Shown here: in pieces, positions 20,263-29,615 of the stretch
How the letters are laid out: each line of letters opens with the position of its first letter
Numbering within the stretch: position 1 is the first letter of the stretch
DNA from: Pseudocitrobacter faecalis
Lineage (GTDB): Bacteria; Pseudomonadota; Gammaproteobacteria; Enterobacterales; Enterobacteriaceae
Direction: 5' to 3' (one strand)
DNA length: 40,000 bases
Assembly (NCBI RefSeq): GCF_003315335.1
Contig: NZ_QNRL01000003.1
Position numbers and translations under genes: made by a program
The notes under the pieces: model-generated
The model's database searches: none
Told to the model about the DNA's origin: nothing
The model's input: the letters and a program-made list of their open reading frames with translations, nothing else

Positions 20263-20730
20263 TCAGGCCACTTTGGCCGTATTCGCGCTTTGCGCCAGCG
20301 GGTTGAACGTCACCGGGCTGTCGCTTTCCAGCGCGGCATACAGGGCGTCATAAACCGGGGCGATTTTTTCCAGATAGTGTTCCAGCACCTGCTCGCGGTC
20401 GCGGCATTTGACGCCGTTATCCACGGTGCCGTCGGTGTTTAACTCTGCGCGGGCAATACATTTTTTGTCTTGTCCGTCGCGCGTTTCGACGGTGTATTCG
20501 ATGGTGTGGCTGTTGAAGCCGCCGACCAGGCTCACGGAAAGCACGAAGTGTTCGAACAGTACAAAGCTGAGGTCCTTATCCGGTGCGCAGTTCACCGCGT
20601 GATGCAGGCGCGCTTTCGAGAGCGTGATCCCCTGAACCAGCGAGTTGCAGTAAATACGCCACTGTTCCTGTTGGCGATGGTGTCGATCGGCGATGAAGTC
20701 AGCTTTTTCGCTAATTTCCCAAATTGTCAT
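20263..20730 (-). CDS. hycA: Formate hydrogenlyase regulatory protein (anti-activator of FhlA)
   Basis: 155 aa starting MTIWEISEKADFIADRH..., collinear with recalled E. coli HycA. Confidence 0.92.
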   Translation of the reverse strand: MTIWEISEKADFIADRHHRQQEQWRIYCNSLVQGITLSKARLHHAVNCAPDKDLSFVLFEHFVLSVSLVGGFNSHTIEYTVETRDGQDKKCIARAELNTDGTVDNGVKCRDREQVLEHYLEKIAPVYDALYAALESDSPVTFNPLAQSANTAKVA

Positions 20731-20766
20731 GTCAGGTTACCCGGTTGATAGAGACTCACCCTGATA

Positions 20767-20782
20767 AGCACGTTCCATGCCA
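20767..20782 (-). promoter_or_regulatory. sigma54 promoter of the hyc operon
   Basis: The minus strand reads TGGCATGGAACGTGCT (GG-N10-GC), about 37 nt upstream of the hycA ATG. Confidence 0.65.
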
Positions 20783-20787
20783 GTTTT

Positions 20788-20800
20788 TAATTCATTGATA
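20788..20800 (-). promoter_or_regulatory. IHF-site candidate between the divergent hyc and hyp promoters
   Basis: The minus strand reads TATCAATGAATTA, which fits WATCAANNNNTTR. It lies in an AT-rich tract between the hyc sigma54 core promoter and the upstream motifs. Confidence 0.45.
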
Positions 20801-20832
20801 GATAAGGAATTTAAATATCCACATACTAAATA

Positions 20833-20872
20833 GTGACATGTCATTTCGTCAGTTTGACACTGTCATCGACAG
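20833..20872. promoter_or_regulatory. FhlA upstream activating sequence candidates (hyc-hyp intergenic)
   Basis: gtgacatgtcatttcgtcagtttgacactgtcatcgacag contains repeated TGTCAT / TGACA half-sites and the CATTTCG core. It is about 60-90 bp from the hyc core promoter, but only about 25-65 bp from the hyp core promoter. Confidence 0.45.
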
Positions 20873-20896
20873 TACAAATGCATCAGTTCTCATCTC

Positions 20897-20912
20897 TGGC
20901 ATCGTTATTGCA
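20897..20912 (+). promoter_or_regulatory. sigma54 promoter of the hyp operon
   Basis: TGGCATcgttaTTGCA is a near-perfect match to TGGCAC-N5-TTGCA. It lies 32 nt upstream of the hypA ATG, with a GGAGG Shine-Dalgarno at 20935-20939. Confidence 0.75.
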
Positions 20913-20943
20913 TTAACCGGGTCAATGAAATCTCGGAGGCGTT

Positions 20944-21294
20944 ATGCACGAAATTACGCTCTGCCAGCGGGCGCTGGAAATCGTCGAACAGCAGGCCACC
21001 CAGCACGGCGCGAAACGCGTAACCGGGGTCTGGCTCAAAGTTGGCGCATTTTCCTGCGTCGAAACCAGCGCAATGACCTTTTGTTTTGATCTGGTATGCC
21101 GCGGCACGTTAGCTGAAGGATGTAAATTACACGTCGAAGAACAAGAGGCGGAGTGCTGGTGCGAAAAGTGCCAGCAATATGTTCAGTTACTCTCCGTTCA
21201 CGTGCGCCGCTGCCCGCAATGCCAAAGTAACGACCTGCACATTGTGGCGGATGACGGTTTACAGATTCAGCGAATTGAAATAGACCAGGAGTAA
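20944..21294 (+). CDS. hypA: Hydrogenase nickel-insertion protein
   Basis: 116 aa starting MHEITLCQ, with a CxxC...CPxC zinc site (CEKC...CPQC). Confidence 0.95.
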   Translation: MHEITLCQRALEIVEQQATQHGAKRVTGVWLKVGAFSCVETSAMTFCFDLVCRGTLAEGCKLHVEEQEAECWCEKCQQYVQLLSVHVRRCPQCQSNDLHIVADDGLQIQRIEIDQE

Positions 21295-21297
21295 GCT

Positions 21298-22170
21298 ATG
21301 TGTACCACCTGTGGTTGTGGAGAAGGTAACCTCTATATAGAGGGAGACGAACATAACCCGCACTCGCCGTTTCGCAGTGCGCCTTTCGCCTCTGCTGCAC
21401 GGCCAGCAATGACCATTACGGGCGTGAAAACCCAGCAATTCGAACCAACGCGTGCCGACAACGGCGACCTGCATTACGGTCACGGCGAAGCGGGAACCCA
21501 CGCGCCGGGCATGAGCCAGCGTCGCATGCTGGAAGTCGAAATTGACGTGCTGGATAAAAACAACCAGCTCGCCGCGCGTAACCGCGCACGCTTTGCCGCC
21601 CGTGAACTGTTAGTGCTGAACCTGGTATCCAGCCCTGGCTCCGGTAAAACCACCCTGCTCACCGAAACCCTGATGCGCCTGAAAGACAAGGTGCCTTGCG
21701 CCGTTATTGAAGGCGATCAGCAAACGGTGAACGATGCCGCGCGTATTCGCGCCACCGGCACACCGGCCATTCAGGTCAACACCGGGAAAGGTTGCCACCT
21801 CGACGCGCAGATGATCGCCGATGCTGCGCCGCGTCTGCCGCTGGATAATCACGGTATTCTGTTTATCGAAAACGTCGGCAACCTGGTGTGCCCGGCAAGT
21901 TTTGATCTGGGTGAAAAACACAAAGTCGCCGTACTGTCGGTTACTGAAGGCGAAGACAAACCGCTCAAATATCCGCATATGTTTGCCGCCGCGTCTATCA
22001 TGCTGCTCAATAAAGTTGACCTGTTGCCGTACCTCAACTTCGACGTTGAAAAGTGCATCGCTTACGCCCGTGAAGTGAATCCGAACATTGAAGTGCTGCT
22101 GATCTCCGCCACCAGCGGCGAAGGCATGGACACCTGGCTAAACTGGCTGGAGGCACAGCGATGTGCATAG
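21298..22170 (+). CDS. hypB: Hydrogenase nickel-incorporation GTPase
   Basis: 290 aa with the N-terminal [10 protein letters not shown] high-affinity Ni site and the P-loop [11 protein letters not shown]. Confidence 0.95.
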   Translation: MCTTCGCGEGNLYIEGDEHNPHSPFRSAPFASAARPAMTITGVKTQQFEPTRADNGDLHYGHGEAGTHAPGMSQRRMLEVEIDVLDKNNQLAARNRARFAARELLVLNLVSSPGSGKTTLLTETLMRLKDKVPCAVIEGDQQTVNDAARIRATGTPAIQVNTGKGCHLDAQMIADAAPRLPLDNHGILFIENVGNLVCPASFDLGEKHKVAVLSVTEGEDKPLKYPHMFAAASIMLLNKVDLLPYLNFDVEKCIAYAREVNPNIEVLLISATSGEGMDTWLNWLEAQRCA

Positions 22171-22433
22171 GCATTCCGGGGCAAATCTGCGCCATTGATG
22201 GCGTGCAGGCGAAAGTGGAAGTCAGCGGCGTAAAGCGCGACGTTGACCTGACGCTGGTTGGCGCAGTGGATGAACAGGGCCAGTCGCGCATCGGCCAGTG
22301 GGTGCTGGTGCACGTCGGCTTCGCCATGAGCATCATTAACGAAGAAGAAGCCCGCGACACCCTCGCGGCGCTACACAACATGTTTGAAGTCGAGCCGGAC
22401 GTCGGCGCGCTGCTGTATGGCGAGGAGCACTGA
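22161..22433 (+). CDS. hypC: Hydrogenase maturation chaperone
   Basis: 90 aa with the MCIGIPG N-terminus (essential Cys2). Overlaps hypB by 10 nt. Confidence 0.95.
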   Translation: MCIGIPGQICAIDGVQAKVEVSGVKRDVDLTLVGAVDEQGQSRIGQWVLVHVGFAMSIINEEEARDTLAALHNMFEVEPDVGALLYGEEH

Positions 22434-23554
22434 TGCGTTTCGTTGATGAATATCGCGCCCCTGAGCAGGTGATGCAGCTTATCGCGCATCTGAAATCTCG
22501 TGCGGCGCTTCTGAACTACACCGCCGCGCGCCCGCTGCGCATTATGGAAGTGTGCGGCGGCCACACCCACGCCATTTTCAAATTCGGCCTCGATCAGCTT
22601 CTGCCGGATAACATCGAGTTTATCCACGGGCCGGGCTGCCCGGTATGCGTGCTGCCGATGGGGCGCATTGATAGCTGTATCGAAATCGCCAGCCATCCGG
22701 AAGTCATTTTCTGCACCTTTGGCGATGCGATGCGCGTGCCGGGGAAAAATGGCTCGCTGATGCAGGCGAAATCGCGCGGCGCGGACGTGCGCATTATCTA
22801 TTCGCCGATGGACGCGTTGAAACTGGCACAGCAGAACCCGGATCGCAAAGTAGTGTTCTTTGGCCTCGGCTTCGAAACCACCATGCCGGCGACCGCCATT
22901 ACGCTGCAACAAGCACGTATCCAGCAAATCGATAACTTCTTCTTTTTCTGTCAGCACATCACGCTCATTCCTACGCTGCGTAGCCTGCTGGAGCAACCGG
23001 ACAACGGCATCGACGCGTTCCTCGCGCCCGGCCACGTCAGCATGGTCATCGGCACTGACGCCTACGGATTCATCGCCAGCGATTTTCATCGTCCCTTAGT
23101 GGTCGCTGGATTCGAACCGATTGATCTACTGCAAGGCGTGAACATGCTGGTTGAGCAGAAAATAGCGGATAACATTCAGGTAGAGAATCAATACCGCCGG
23201 GTCGTGCCCGATGAAGGCAACCGGCTGGCACAGGTGGCTATCGCCGACGTGTTTACCGTGAAAGGCGATAGCGAATGGCGCGGTCTGGGGCTTATCAATG
23301 ACTCTGGCGTGCAGTTAACCGAAAAATATCAATCATTTGATGCAGAAGCGCACTTCAAACCTGCGCCGCAAAATGTAAGTGATGACCCACGCGCGCGCTG
23401 CGGCGACGTGCTAACCGGGCGCTGCAAACCGCATCAATGCCCGCTTTTCGGCAACACCTGCAATCCACAAAGTGCCTTCGGCGCACTGATGGTTTCCTCC
23501 GAGGGAGCCTGCGCCGCCTGGTATCAATACCGCAGTCAGGAATCAGAAGCATGA
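22433..23554 (+). CDS. hypD: Hydrogenase Fe(CN)2CO cofactor scaffold protein
   Basis: 373 aa with CGGHTH, GPGCPVCV and the C-terminal Cys cluster. Its start overlaps the hypC stop. Confidence 0.95.
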   Translation: MRFVDEYRAPEQVMQLIAHLKSRAALLNYTAARPLRIMEVCGGHTHAIFKFGLDQLLPDNIEFIHGPGCPVCVLPMGRIDSCIEIASHPEVIFCTFGDAMRVPGKNGSLMQAKSRGADVRIIYSPMDALKLAQQNPDRKVVFFGLGFETTMPATAITLQQARIQQIDNFFFFCQHITLIPTLRSLLEQPDNGIDAFLAPGHVSMVIGTDAYGFIASDFHRPLVVAGFEPIDLLQGVNMLVEQKIADNIQVENQYRRVVPDEGNRLAQVAIADVFTVKGDSEWRGLGLINDSGVQLTEKYQSFDAEAHFKPAPQNVSDDPRARCGDVLTGRCKPHQCPLFGNTCNPQSAFGALMVSSEGACAAWYQYRSQESEA

Positions 23555-24561
23555 AAAGTATTCAGCTCGCTCACGGTAGTGGCGGCCAGGCAATGCAGCA
23601 GTTGATTGGCGACCTGTTTATGCAGGCATTCGCCAACCCGTGGCTGGCGGAGCAGGAAGATCAGGCGCGTTTGTCGCTGGCAACATTGACCGCGCAGGGC
23701 GACCGCCTGGCATTTTCCACCGACAGCTACGTTATCGACCCGCTCTTCTTCCCCGGCGGCAACATCGGCAAACTCGCGGTGTGCGGCACGGCGAATGATG
23801 TCGCGGTCAGCGGTGCGATCCCACGCTTCCTCTCCTGCGGCTTTATCCTCGAAGAAGGGCTGCCGATGGAGACGCTGGAAGCGGTGGTGAACAGCATGGC
23901 AGCCACGGCGAAAGCGGCGGATATCGCTATTGTGACCGGCGATACCAAAGTGGTGCCGCGCGGCGCGGCAGATAAACTGTTTATCAATACCGCCGGTATG
24001 GGGGCTATTCCGGCGGATATTCACTGGGGGGCGGCGCAATTGCAGCCGGGCGACCAATTATTGGTGAGCGGTACCCTGGGCGACCACGGAGCGACTATTC
24101 TTAACCTTCGCGAGCAGATGGGGCTGGATGGCGAACTGGTGAGCGACTGTGCGGTGCTGACGCCACTGATTCAGGCGCTACGTCATATTCCAGGCGTGAA
24201 GGCACTGCGCGATGCCACCCGTGGCGGCGTGAATGCCGTGGCGCATGAGTATGCCGCCACCAGCGGTTTCGGTATTGAATTGCACGAGCAAAAACTGCCG
24301 CTGAAAGAGGCGGTGCGCGGCGTGTGCGAACTGCTGGGGCTGGATGCGCTTAACTTTGCCAACGAAGGCAAACTGGTGATCGGTGTGACGCGCGATGCGG
24401 CGGAAGCCGTACTGGAAGCGCTGCGTGCGCATCCGCTGGGGCGCGATGCGGCGATCATTGGCGAAGTGACCGAACGCAAAGGCGTACGCGTCGCCGGGCT
24501 GTACGGCGTGAAACGCACGCTCGATCTTCCGCACGCCGAGCCGCTGCCGCGGATTTGCTGA
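23551..24561 (+). CDS. hypE: Hydrogenase maturation carbamoyl dehydratase
   Basis: 336 aa from MKSIQLAHGSGGQAMQQL to the C-terminal PRIC motif. The ATG at 23551 overlaps the hypD TGA (ATGA). The track's start at 23437 is an in-frame artefact inside hypD. Confidence 0.93.
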   Translation: MKSIQLAHGSGGQAMQQLIGDLFMQAFANPWLAEQEDQARLSLATLTAQGDRLAFSTDSYVIDPLFFPGGNIGKLAVCGTANDVAVSGAIPRFLSCGFILEEGLPMETLEAVVNSMAATAKAADIAIVTGDTKVVPRGAADKLFINTAGMGAIPADIHWGAAQLQPGDQLLVSGTLGDHGATILNLREQMGLDGELVSDCAVLTPLIQALRHIPGVKALRDATRGGVNAVAHEYAATSGFGIELHEQKLPLKEAVRGVCELLGLDALNFANEGKLVIGVTRDAAEAVLEALRAHPLGRDAAIIGEVTERKGVRVAGLYGVKRTLDLPHAEPLPRIC

Positions 24562-24574
24562 GTGCCAATATTAT

Positions 24575-24983
24575 GCCGGGGGCGCTACGCTTGCCCGGCC
24601 TACGGGTAAACACAGCGCCACACGGCACCGTTCGTCGGACATGATGGTTTGGCCGTTGTAGGTCGGGTAAGCGAAGCGCCCCCGACACCATGCACCGGCA
24701 TGATGGTTTGGCCGTTGTAGGTCGGGTAAGCGTAGCGCACCCGACACCATGCACCGGCATGACAGTTTGGCCGTTGTAGGTCGGGTAAGCGTAGCGCACC
24801 CGACACCATGCACCGGCATGACAGTTTGGCCGTTGTAGGTCGGGTAAGCGAAGCGCCCCCGACACCATGCACCGGCATGACGGTTTGGCCGTTGTAGGTC
24901 GGGTAAGCGTAGCGCCCCCGACACCATGCACCGGCATGACGGTTTGGCCGTTGTAGGTCGGGTAAGCGTAGCGCCACCCGACA
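24575..24983. repeat. REP/BIME-like cluster: one inverted REP followed by six tandem 59-bp units
   Basis: A lone REP gccgggggcgctacgcttgcccggcctac occupies 24575-24603. The ttgtaggtcggg anchor then recurs at 24656, 24715, 24774, 24833, 24892 and 24951, an exact 59-bp period. Each unit carries the gtcgggt...acccgac palindrome and a catgc-accg-gcatg mini-hairpin. Only a few variable positions exist per unit. Confidence 0.85.
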
Positions 24984-25057
24984 AAAAAGCAGGTTCCGCC
25001 CTGCCATTACTCTTTTTTCTTTTTCCGTACCCTCACGGTACGTTTGTGGGCTAATCA

Positions 25058-27139
25058 ATGTCGTATACACCGATGGGCGATCTCGGTCAGCAAGGGCTGT
25101 TCGATATCACCCGGACACTTCTGCAACAACCCGATCTGGCGGCGCTTAGCGAAACGCTAACGCGGCTGGTAAAGCAATCTGCACTGGCAGATCGGGCAGC
25201 CATCGTACTGCTGCAGGCGGGCAATCACCGCGCCAGCTATCATGCGACGCATGAAGCAGGGAAACCCATTGCCTGGGACGACGACAACCTGCTGGCGAAC
25301 GGCCCGGTGCGTCGGCTGCTTTCGCGCCCGGACGCCCTGCACTGCGACTATCACGAATTCAGCGAAACCTGGCCGCAGCTCGCCGCAAGCGAACTCTATA
25401 CGCCTTTTGGTCATTACAGCCTGTTGCCACTCGCCGCAGAGGGTCGTATTTTCGGCGGCTGCGAATTTATTCGCGACACCGACCAGCCATGGACGGAAAA
25501 AGAGTACCAACGTCTGCAAACTTTCACCCAGATAGTCGCCGTGGTGACCGAGCAAATTCAGACTCGGGTCACCAACAATGTCGATTACGATTTGCTGTGC
25601 CATGAGCGCGATAACTTCCGCATTCTGGTTGCCATTACCAACGCCGTCCTCTCGCGTCTGGATATGGATGACCTGGTGAGTGCGGTAGCCAAAGAGATCC
25701 ACTACTACTTTCGCATCGACGCCATCAGCATCGTGCTGCGCAGCAATCGCAAGGGCAAACTGAACATCTACTCCACACACTATCTGGATGTGAACGATCC
25801 GGTTCACGATCAGAGCGAAGTGAGTGAAGCCGGTACGCTGACCGAGCGCGTATTCAAAAGCAAAGAGATGCTGATGCTCAACCTGCGTGAGCAGGATAAT
25901 CTCGCGCCCTATGAACGCATGCTGTTCGACATGTGGGATAACCAGATCCAGACTCTGTGCCTGCTGCCGCTGATGTCGGGTAATACCATGCTGGGTGTGC
26001 TGAAACTTGCCCAGTGCGATGAAAAAGTCTTTACCGCCACCAACCTTAAGCTATTGCGTCAGATTGCCGAACGCGTGGCCATCGCGGTAGATAACGCTCT
26101 CGCCTATCAGGAAATTCATCGACTGAAAGAGCGGCTGGTGGATGAGAACCTGGCGCTAACCGAGCAGCTTAACAACGTTGAAAGCGAGTTCGGCGAAATC
26201 ATTGGTCGCAGCGAAGCCATGTACAGCGTGCTTAAGCAGGTTGAAATGGTGGCGCAAAGCGACAGCACGGTGCTGATCCTCGGGGAAACCGGCACCGGGA
26301 AAGAGCTGATTGCCCGCGCGATCCACAACCTCAGCAACCGTAACGGTCGCCGGATGGTGAAAATGAATTGCGCCGCCATGCCTGCCGGGCTGCTGGAAAG
26401 CGATCTCTTTGGCCACGAGCGCGGTGCGTTTACCGGGGCGAATACGCAACGCATTGGCCGATTTGAACTGGCCGATAAAAGCTCGCTGTTCCTTGATGAA
26501 GTCGGCGACATGCCGCTGGAACTTCAGCCAAAACTGCTGCGCGTATTACAGGAGCAGGAGTTTGAGCGTCTCGGCAGCAATAAATTGATCCGCACCGATG
26601 TGCGTCTGATCGCCGCCACCAATCGCGATCTGAAACAGATGGTGACCGATCGCGAATTCCGTAGCGATCTCTACTATCGCCTGAACGTCTTCCCGATCCA
26701 CCTGCCGCCGCTGCGCGAGCGCCCGGAAGATATTCCGCTGCTGGTGAAAGCCTTCACCTTTAAAATCGCCCGCCGTCTGGGGCGCAATATCGACAGCATT
26801 CCGGCGGAAACTCTGCGCACCCTGGAACGTATGGAGTGGCCGGGTAACGTCCGTGAACTGGAAAACGTGATTGAACGCGCCGTGCTGCTGACGCGCGGCA
26901 GCGTGCTGCAACTTTCGCTGCCGGAAGTAACCATCACCCCGGATGAACCCACCGCGCCTGCGGCGACCTGCGCTATGGACGGGGAAGATGAATTCCAGCT
27001 AATCACCCGCGTGCTGAAAGAGACCAACGGCGTCGTCGCTGGGCCAAAAGGTGCGGCGCAACGACTGGGGCTGAAACGCACCACGCTGCTGTCGCGCATG
27101 AAGCGCCTGGGGATCGATAAAGACGCACTGCTGCCGTAA
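25058..27139 (+). CDS. fhlA: Formate hydrogenlyase transcriptional activator (sigma54-dependent enhancer-binding protein)
   Basis: 693 aa, collinear with recalled E. coli FhlA. It has N-terminal GAF-type sensor regions, an AAA+ core (GETGTGKE, GAFTGA, ESDLFGHE) and a C-terminal helix-turn-helix. Confidence 0.95.
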   Translation: MSYTPMGDLGQQGLFDITRTLLQQPDLAALSETLTRLVKQSALADRAAIVLLQAGNHRASYHATHEAGKPIAWDDDNLLANGPVRRLLSRPDALHCDYHEFSETWPQLAASELYTPFGHYSLLPLAAEGRIFGGCEFIRDTDQPWTEKEYQRLQTFTQIVAVVTEQIQTRVTNNVDYDLLCHERDNFRILVAITNAVLSRLDMDDLVSAVAKEIHYYFRIDAISIVLRSNRKGKLNIYSTHYLDVNDPVHDQSEVSEAGTLTERVFKSKEMLMLNLREQDNLAPYERMLFDMWDNQIQTLCLLPLMSGNTMLGVLKLAQCDEKVFTATNLKLLRQIAERVAIAVDNALAYQEIHRLKERLVDENLALTEQLNNVESEFGEIIGRSEAMYSVLKQVEMVAQSDSTVLILGETGTGKELIARAIHNLSNRNGRRMVKMNCAAMPAGLLESDLFGHERGAFTGANTQRIGRFELADKSSLFLDEVGDMPLELQPKLLRVLQEQEFERLGSNKLIRTDVRLIAATNRDLKQMVTDREFRSDLYYRLNVFPIHLPPLRERPEDIPLLVKAFTFKIARRLGRNIDSIPAETLRTLERMEWPGNVRELENVIERAVLLTRGSVLQLSLPEVTITPDEPTAPAATCAMDGEDEFQLITRVLKETNGVVAGPKGAAQRLGLKRTTLLSRMKRLGIDKDALLP

Positions 27140-27148
27140 ATACGCAGG

Positions 27149-27185
27149 AATAACAGCGCCAAATCATCGGCGCTGTTATTTATTA
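27149..27185 (+). terminator. Rho-independent terminator after fhlA
   Basis: A 12-bp perfect stem, aataacagcgcc (27149-27160) pairing with ggcgctgttatt (27169-27180), has an 8-nt loop and a T-rich tail (ttatttatt). Confidence 0.75.
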
Positions 27186-27317
27186 AGCAGGACAAAACAG
27201 AGATCTCACTTTCAAAATCTGCGTACAATAATCCAGTATTTCGCCAGATTGTCTCCTGTCTTCGCCCCCCTGATTTGCCTACCTTAGACGCATCACCTGT
27301 TCTGAGGAGCAATTCAC

Positions 27318-29615
27318 ATGACCCATCGCATTGAACGCCTGAAAGACGCCCTTTTCGCTCACCCACGTGAAATTTCACTTGAGCGCGCCCTGCTCTACAC
27401 CGAAAGCCATCGCCAGACAGAAGGCGAGCCGGTGATGATTCGCCGCGCCAAAGCCACCGCGCACATTCTGGACAATGTCGCCATTAGCATTCGCGATGAT
27501 GAACTGATTGCCGGTAACCGCACGATTAAGCCGCGCGCCGGGATTATGTCACCGGAAATGGATCCTTACTGGTTGCTCAAAGAGCTGGATCAGTTCCCGA
27601 CGCGTCCGCAGGATCGGTTTGCCATCAGCGACGACGACAAGCGTTGCTATCGCGAAGAACTTTTCCCGTACTGGGAAAAACGGTCGATGAAAGATTTCAT
27701 TAACGCCCAGATGACCGATGACGTGAAAGCCGCTGTTGGTACGCAGATTTTCAGCGTTAACCAGACCGATAAAGGCCAGGGTCATATCATTATCGACTAC
27801 CCGCGCTTGCTGAATAACGGCCTCGCCGCGCTGGTTTCAGAGATGAAAACGCACTGCGATCGGCAGCCCGAAAATCATTTTTATGCCGCGGTATTGATTG
27901 TGCTGGAGGCCGCGCAACGTCATATCCTGCGCTATGCCGAACTGGCCGAAACGCTGGCCGCAGCGTGCCAGGATGCCATGCGCCGTCAGGAACTGCTCTC
28001 TATCGCTGCGACATCACGCCATAACGCCGAACAGCGCCCGGAAGATTTCCATCAGGCGTGCCAGTTGTTCTGGTATATGAACATCATTCTGCAATACGAA
28101 TCTAACGCCAGTTCCATTTCCCTGGGCCGTTTCGATCAGTACATGCTGCCCTTCTGGCAGGCGTCGCTCAACCGTGGCGTTGACGCGCAAACGCTGCGCG
28201 AATTGCTGGAATCCCTGTGGGTGAAATGTAACGACATCGTGCTGCTACGTTCCACCAGCAGCGCCCGCTATTTTGCTGGTTTCCCGACGGGCTATACCGC
28301 ACTGCTCGGTGGTTTAACCGAGAATGGCCGCAGCGCCGTTAACGCCCTTTCGTTTATGTGTCTGGATGCTTACCAGAGCGTGCGCCTGCCACAGCCAAAC
28401 CTTGGCGTGCGCATCAATGAACTGATCGATCGCCCTTTCCTGCGTAAAACCGCGGAGACCATTCGCCTTGGTACCGGCATTCCGCAAATTTTTAACGATG
28501 AAGTGGTGGTTCCGGCGTTTTTAAACCGTGGCGTGTCGCTGGAAGATGCGCGCGATTACGCGGTGGTCGGCTGCGTTGAGCTGTCGATCCCAGGGCGCAC
28601 CTACGGGCTGCACGATATCGCCATGTTTAACCTGTTGAAGGTGATGGAAATCGTGCTGCATGAAAATGAGGGCAATCCGGATATCAACTGGGAGGGCTTG
28701 CAGGCGCAGATCCGCGACAAGATCCGCCATTACATCAAGTTAATGGTTGAAGGCAGCAATATTTGCGATATCGGTCATCGCGACTGGGCTCCTGTGCCGC
28801 TGCTTTCATCGTTTATCAGCGACTGCATGGTCAATGGCAAAGATATCACTGAAGGCGGTGCGCGCTACAACTTCTCCGGCGTACAGGGCATCGGTATCGC
28901 CAACCTGAGCGATTCGCTGCACGCGTTAAAAGGCATGGTATTTGACCAGAAACGCATAAGCTTCGATGAACTGCTGGCGGTGCTGAAAGCCAACTTCGAA
29001 ACACCAGAAGGGAAAGAAGTTCGCGCACGCCTGATTAACCGTTTCGATAAATACGGCAACGATATTGATAAAGTGGACAATATCAGCGCCGATCTGCTGC
29101 GTTTTTACTGCAAAGAGGTGGAAAAATACCGCAACCCGCGCGGCGGTCAGTTTACACCAGGTTCCTATACGGTTTCCGCACACGTGCCGCTGGGTTCAGT
29201 CGTTGGCGCAACGCCGGATGGCCGTTTTGCCGGAGAGCAACTGGCGGATGGCGGATTGTCACCCATGTTGGGCCAGGATTGTCAGGGGCCAACGGCGGTG
29301 CTGAAATCGGTGAGTAAACTGGATAACTATTTGCTATCGAACGGGACGCTGCTGAACGTGAAATTCACCCCGGCGACGCTGGAAGGCGAAAGCGGCCTCA
29401 GCAAACTTTCTGATTTCCTTCTCGCCTTCACCAAACTGAAGTTGCAGCACGTGCAGTTCAACGTGGTCAACGCCGATATGTTGCGCGAAGCCCAGCAGCG
29501 CCCGCAGGATTTTGCCGGGCTGGTGGTGCGCGTGGCCGGATACAGCGCCTTCTTTGTTGAGCTGTCGAAGGAGATTCAGGATGACATCATCCGCCGCACC
29601 GCGCATCAGCTGTGA
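27318..29615 (+). CDS. pflD: Glycyl-radical enzyme of the PflD / PFL2 (dehydratase-like) clade; substrate not deducible
   Basis: 765 aa, collinear at roughly 85% identity with recalled E. coli PflD. The glycyl-radical motif is VRVAGYSAFF (Gly741 codon gga at 29538-29540). There is a single catalytic Cys in VGCVELS, not the Cys-Cys pair of PflB. Confidence 0.88.
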   Translation: MTHRIERLKDALFAHPREISLERALLYTESHRQTEGEPVMIRRAKATAHILDNVAISIRDDELIAGNRTIKPRAGIMSPEMDPYWLLKELDQFPTRPQDRFAISDDDKRCYREELFPYWEKRSMKDFINAQMTDDVKAAVGTQIFSVNQTDKGQGHIIIDYPRLLNNGLAALVSEMKTHCDRQPENHFYAAVLIVLEAAQRHILRYAELAETLAAACQDAMRRQELLSIAATSRHNAEQRPEDFHQACQLFWYMNIILQYESNASSISLGRFDQYMLPFWQASLNRGVDAQTLRELLESLWVKCNDIVLLRSTSSARYFAGFPTGYTALLGGLTENGRSAVNALSFMCLDAYQSVRLPQPNLGVRINELIDRPFLRKTAETIRLGTGIPQIFNDEVVVPAFLNRGVSLEDARDYAVVGCVELSIPGRTYGLHDIAMFNLLKVMEIVLHENEGNPDINWEGLQAQIRDKIRHYIKLMVEGSNICDIGHRDWAPVPLLSSFISDCMVNGKDITEGGARYNFSGVQGIGIANLSDSLHALKGMVFDQKRISFDELLAVLKANFETPEGKEVRARLINRFDKYGNDIDKVDNISADLLRFYCKEVEKYRNPRGGQFTPGSYTVSAHVPLGSVVGATPDGRFAGEQLADGGLSPMLGQDCQGPTAVLKSVSKLDNYLLSNGTLLNVKFTPATLEGESGLSKLSDFLLAFTKLKLQHVQFNVVNADMLREAQQRPQDFAGLVVRVAGYSAFFVELSKEIQDDIIRRTAHQL

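Noticed and set aside
21060-21090. Possible FNR site (TTGAT-N4-ATCAA) inside hypA for an internal hypB promoter
   Set aside because: Only the first half-site (ttgatctggtatgc) matches and the second half has no similarity to ATCAA. This is insufficient evidence.
24575-24983. Possible CRISPR array, given regularly spaced repeats with a 59-bp period
   Set aside because: The whole 59-bp unit is conserved, so there are no unique spacers. The units are REP-type palindromes related to other REPs in the window, and no cas genes or leader are present. It is a tandem REP/BIME-like array.
24455-25070. Three overlapping minus-strand ORFs (137-160 aa) with repetitive peptides such as LRLPDLQRPN...HAGAWCR
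   Set aside because: They are translations of the tandem REP array in all three frames. There is no Shine-Dalgarno, and the periodic peptides simply mirror the DNA repeat.
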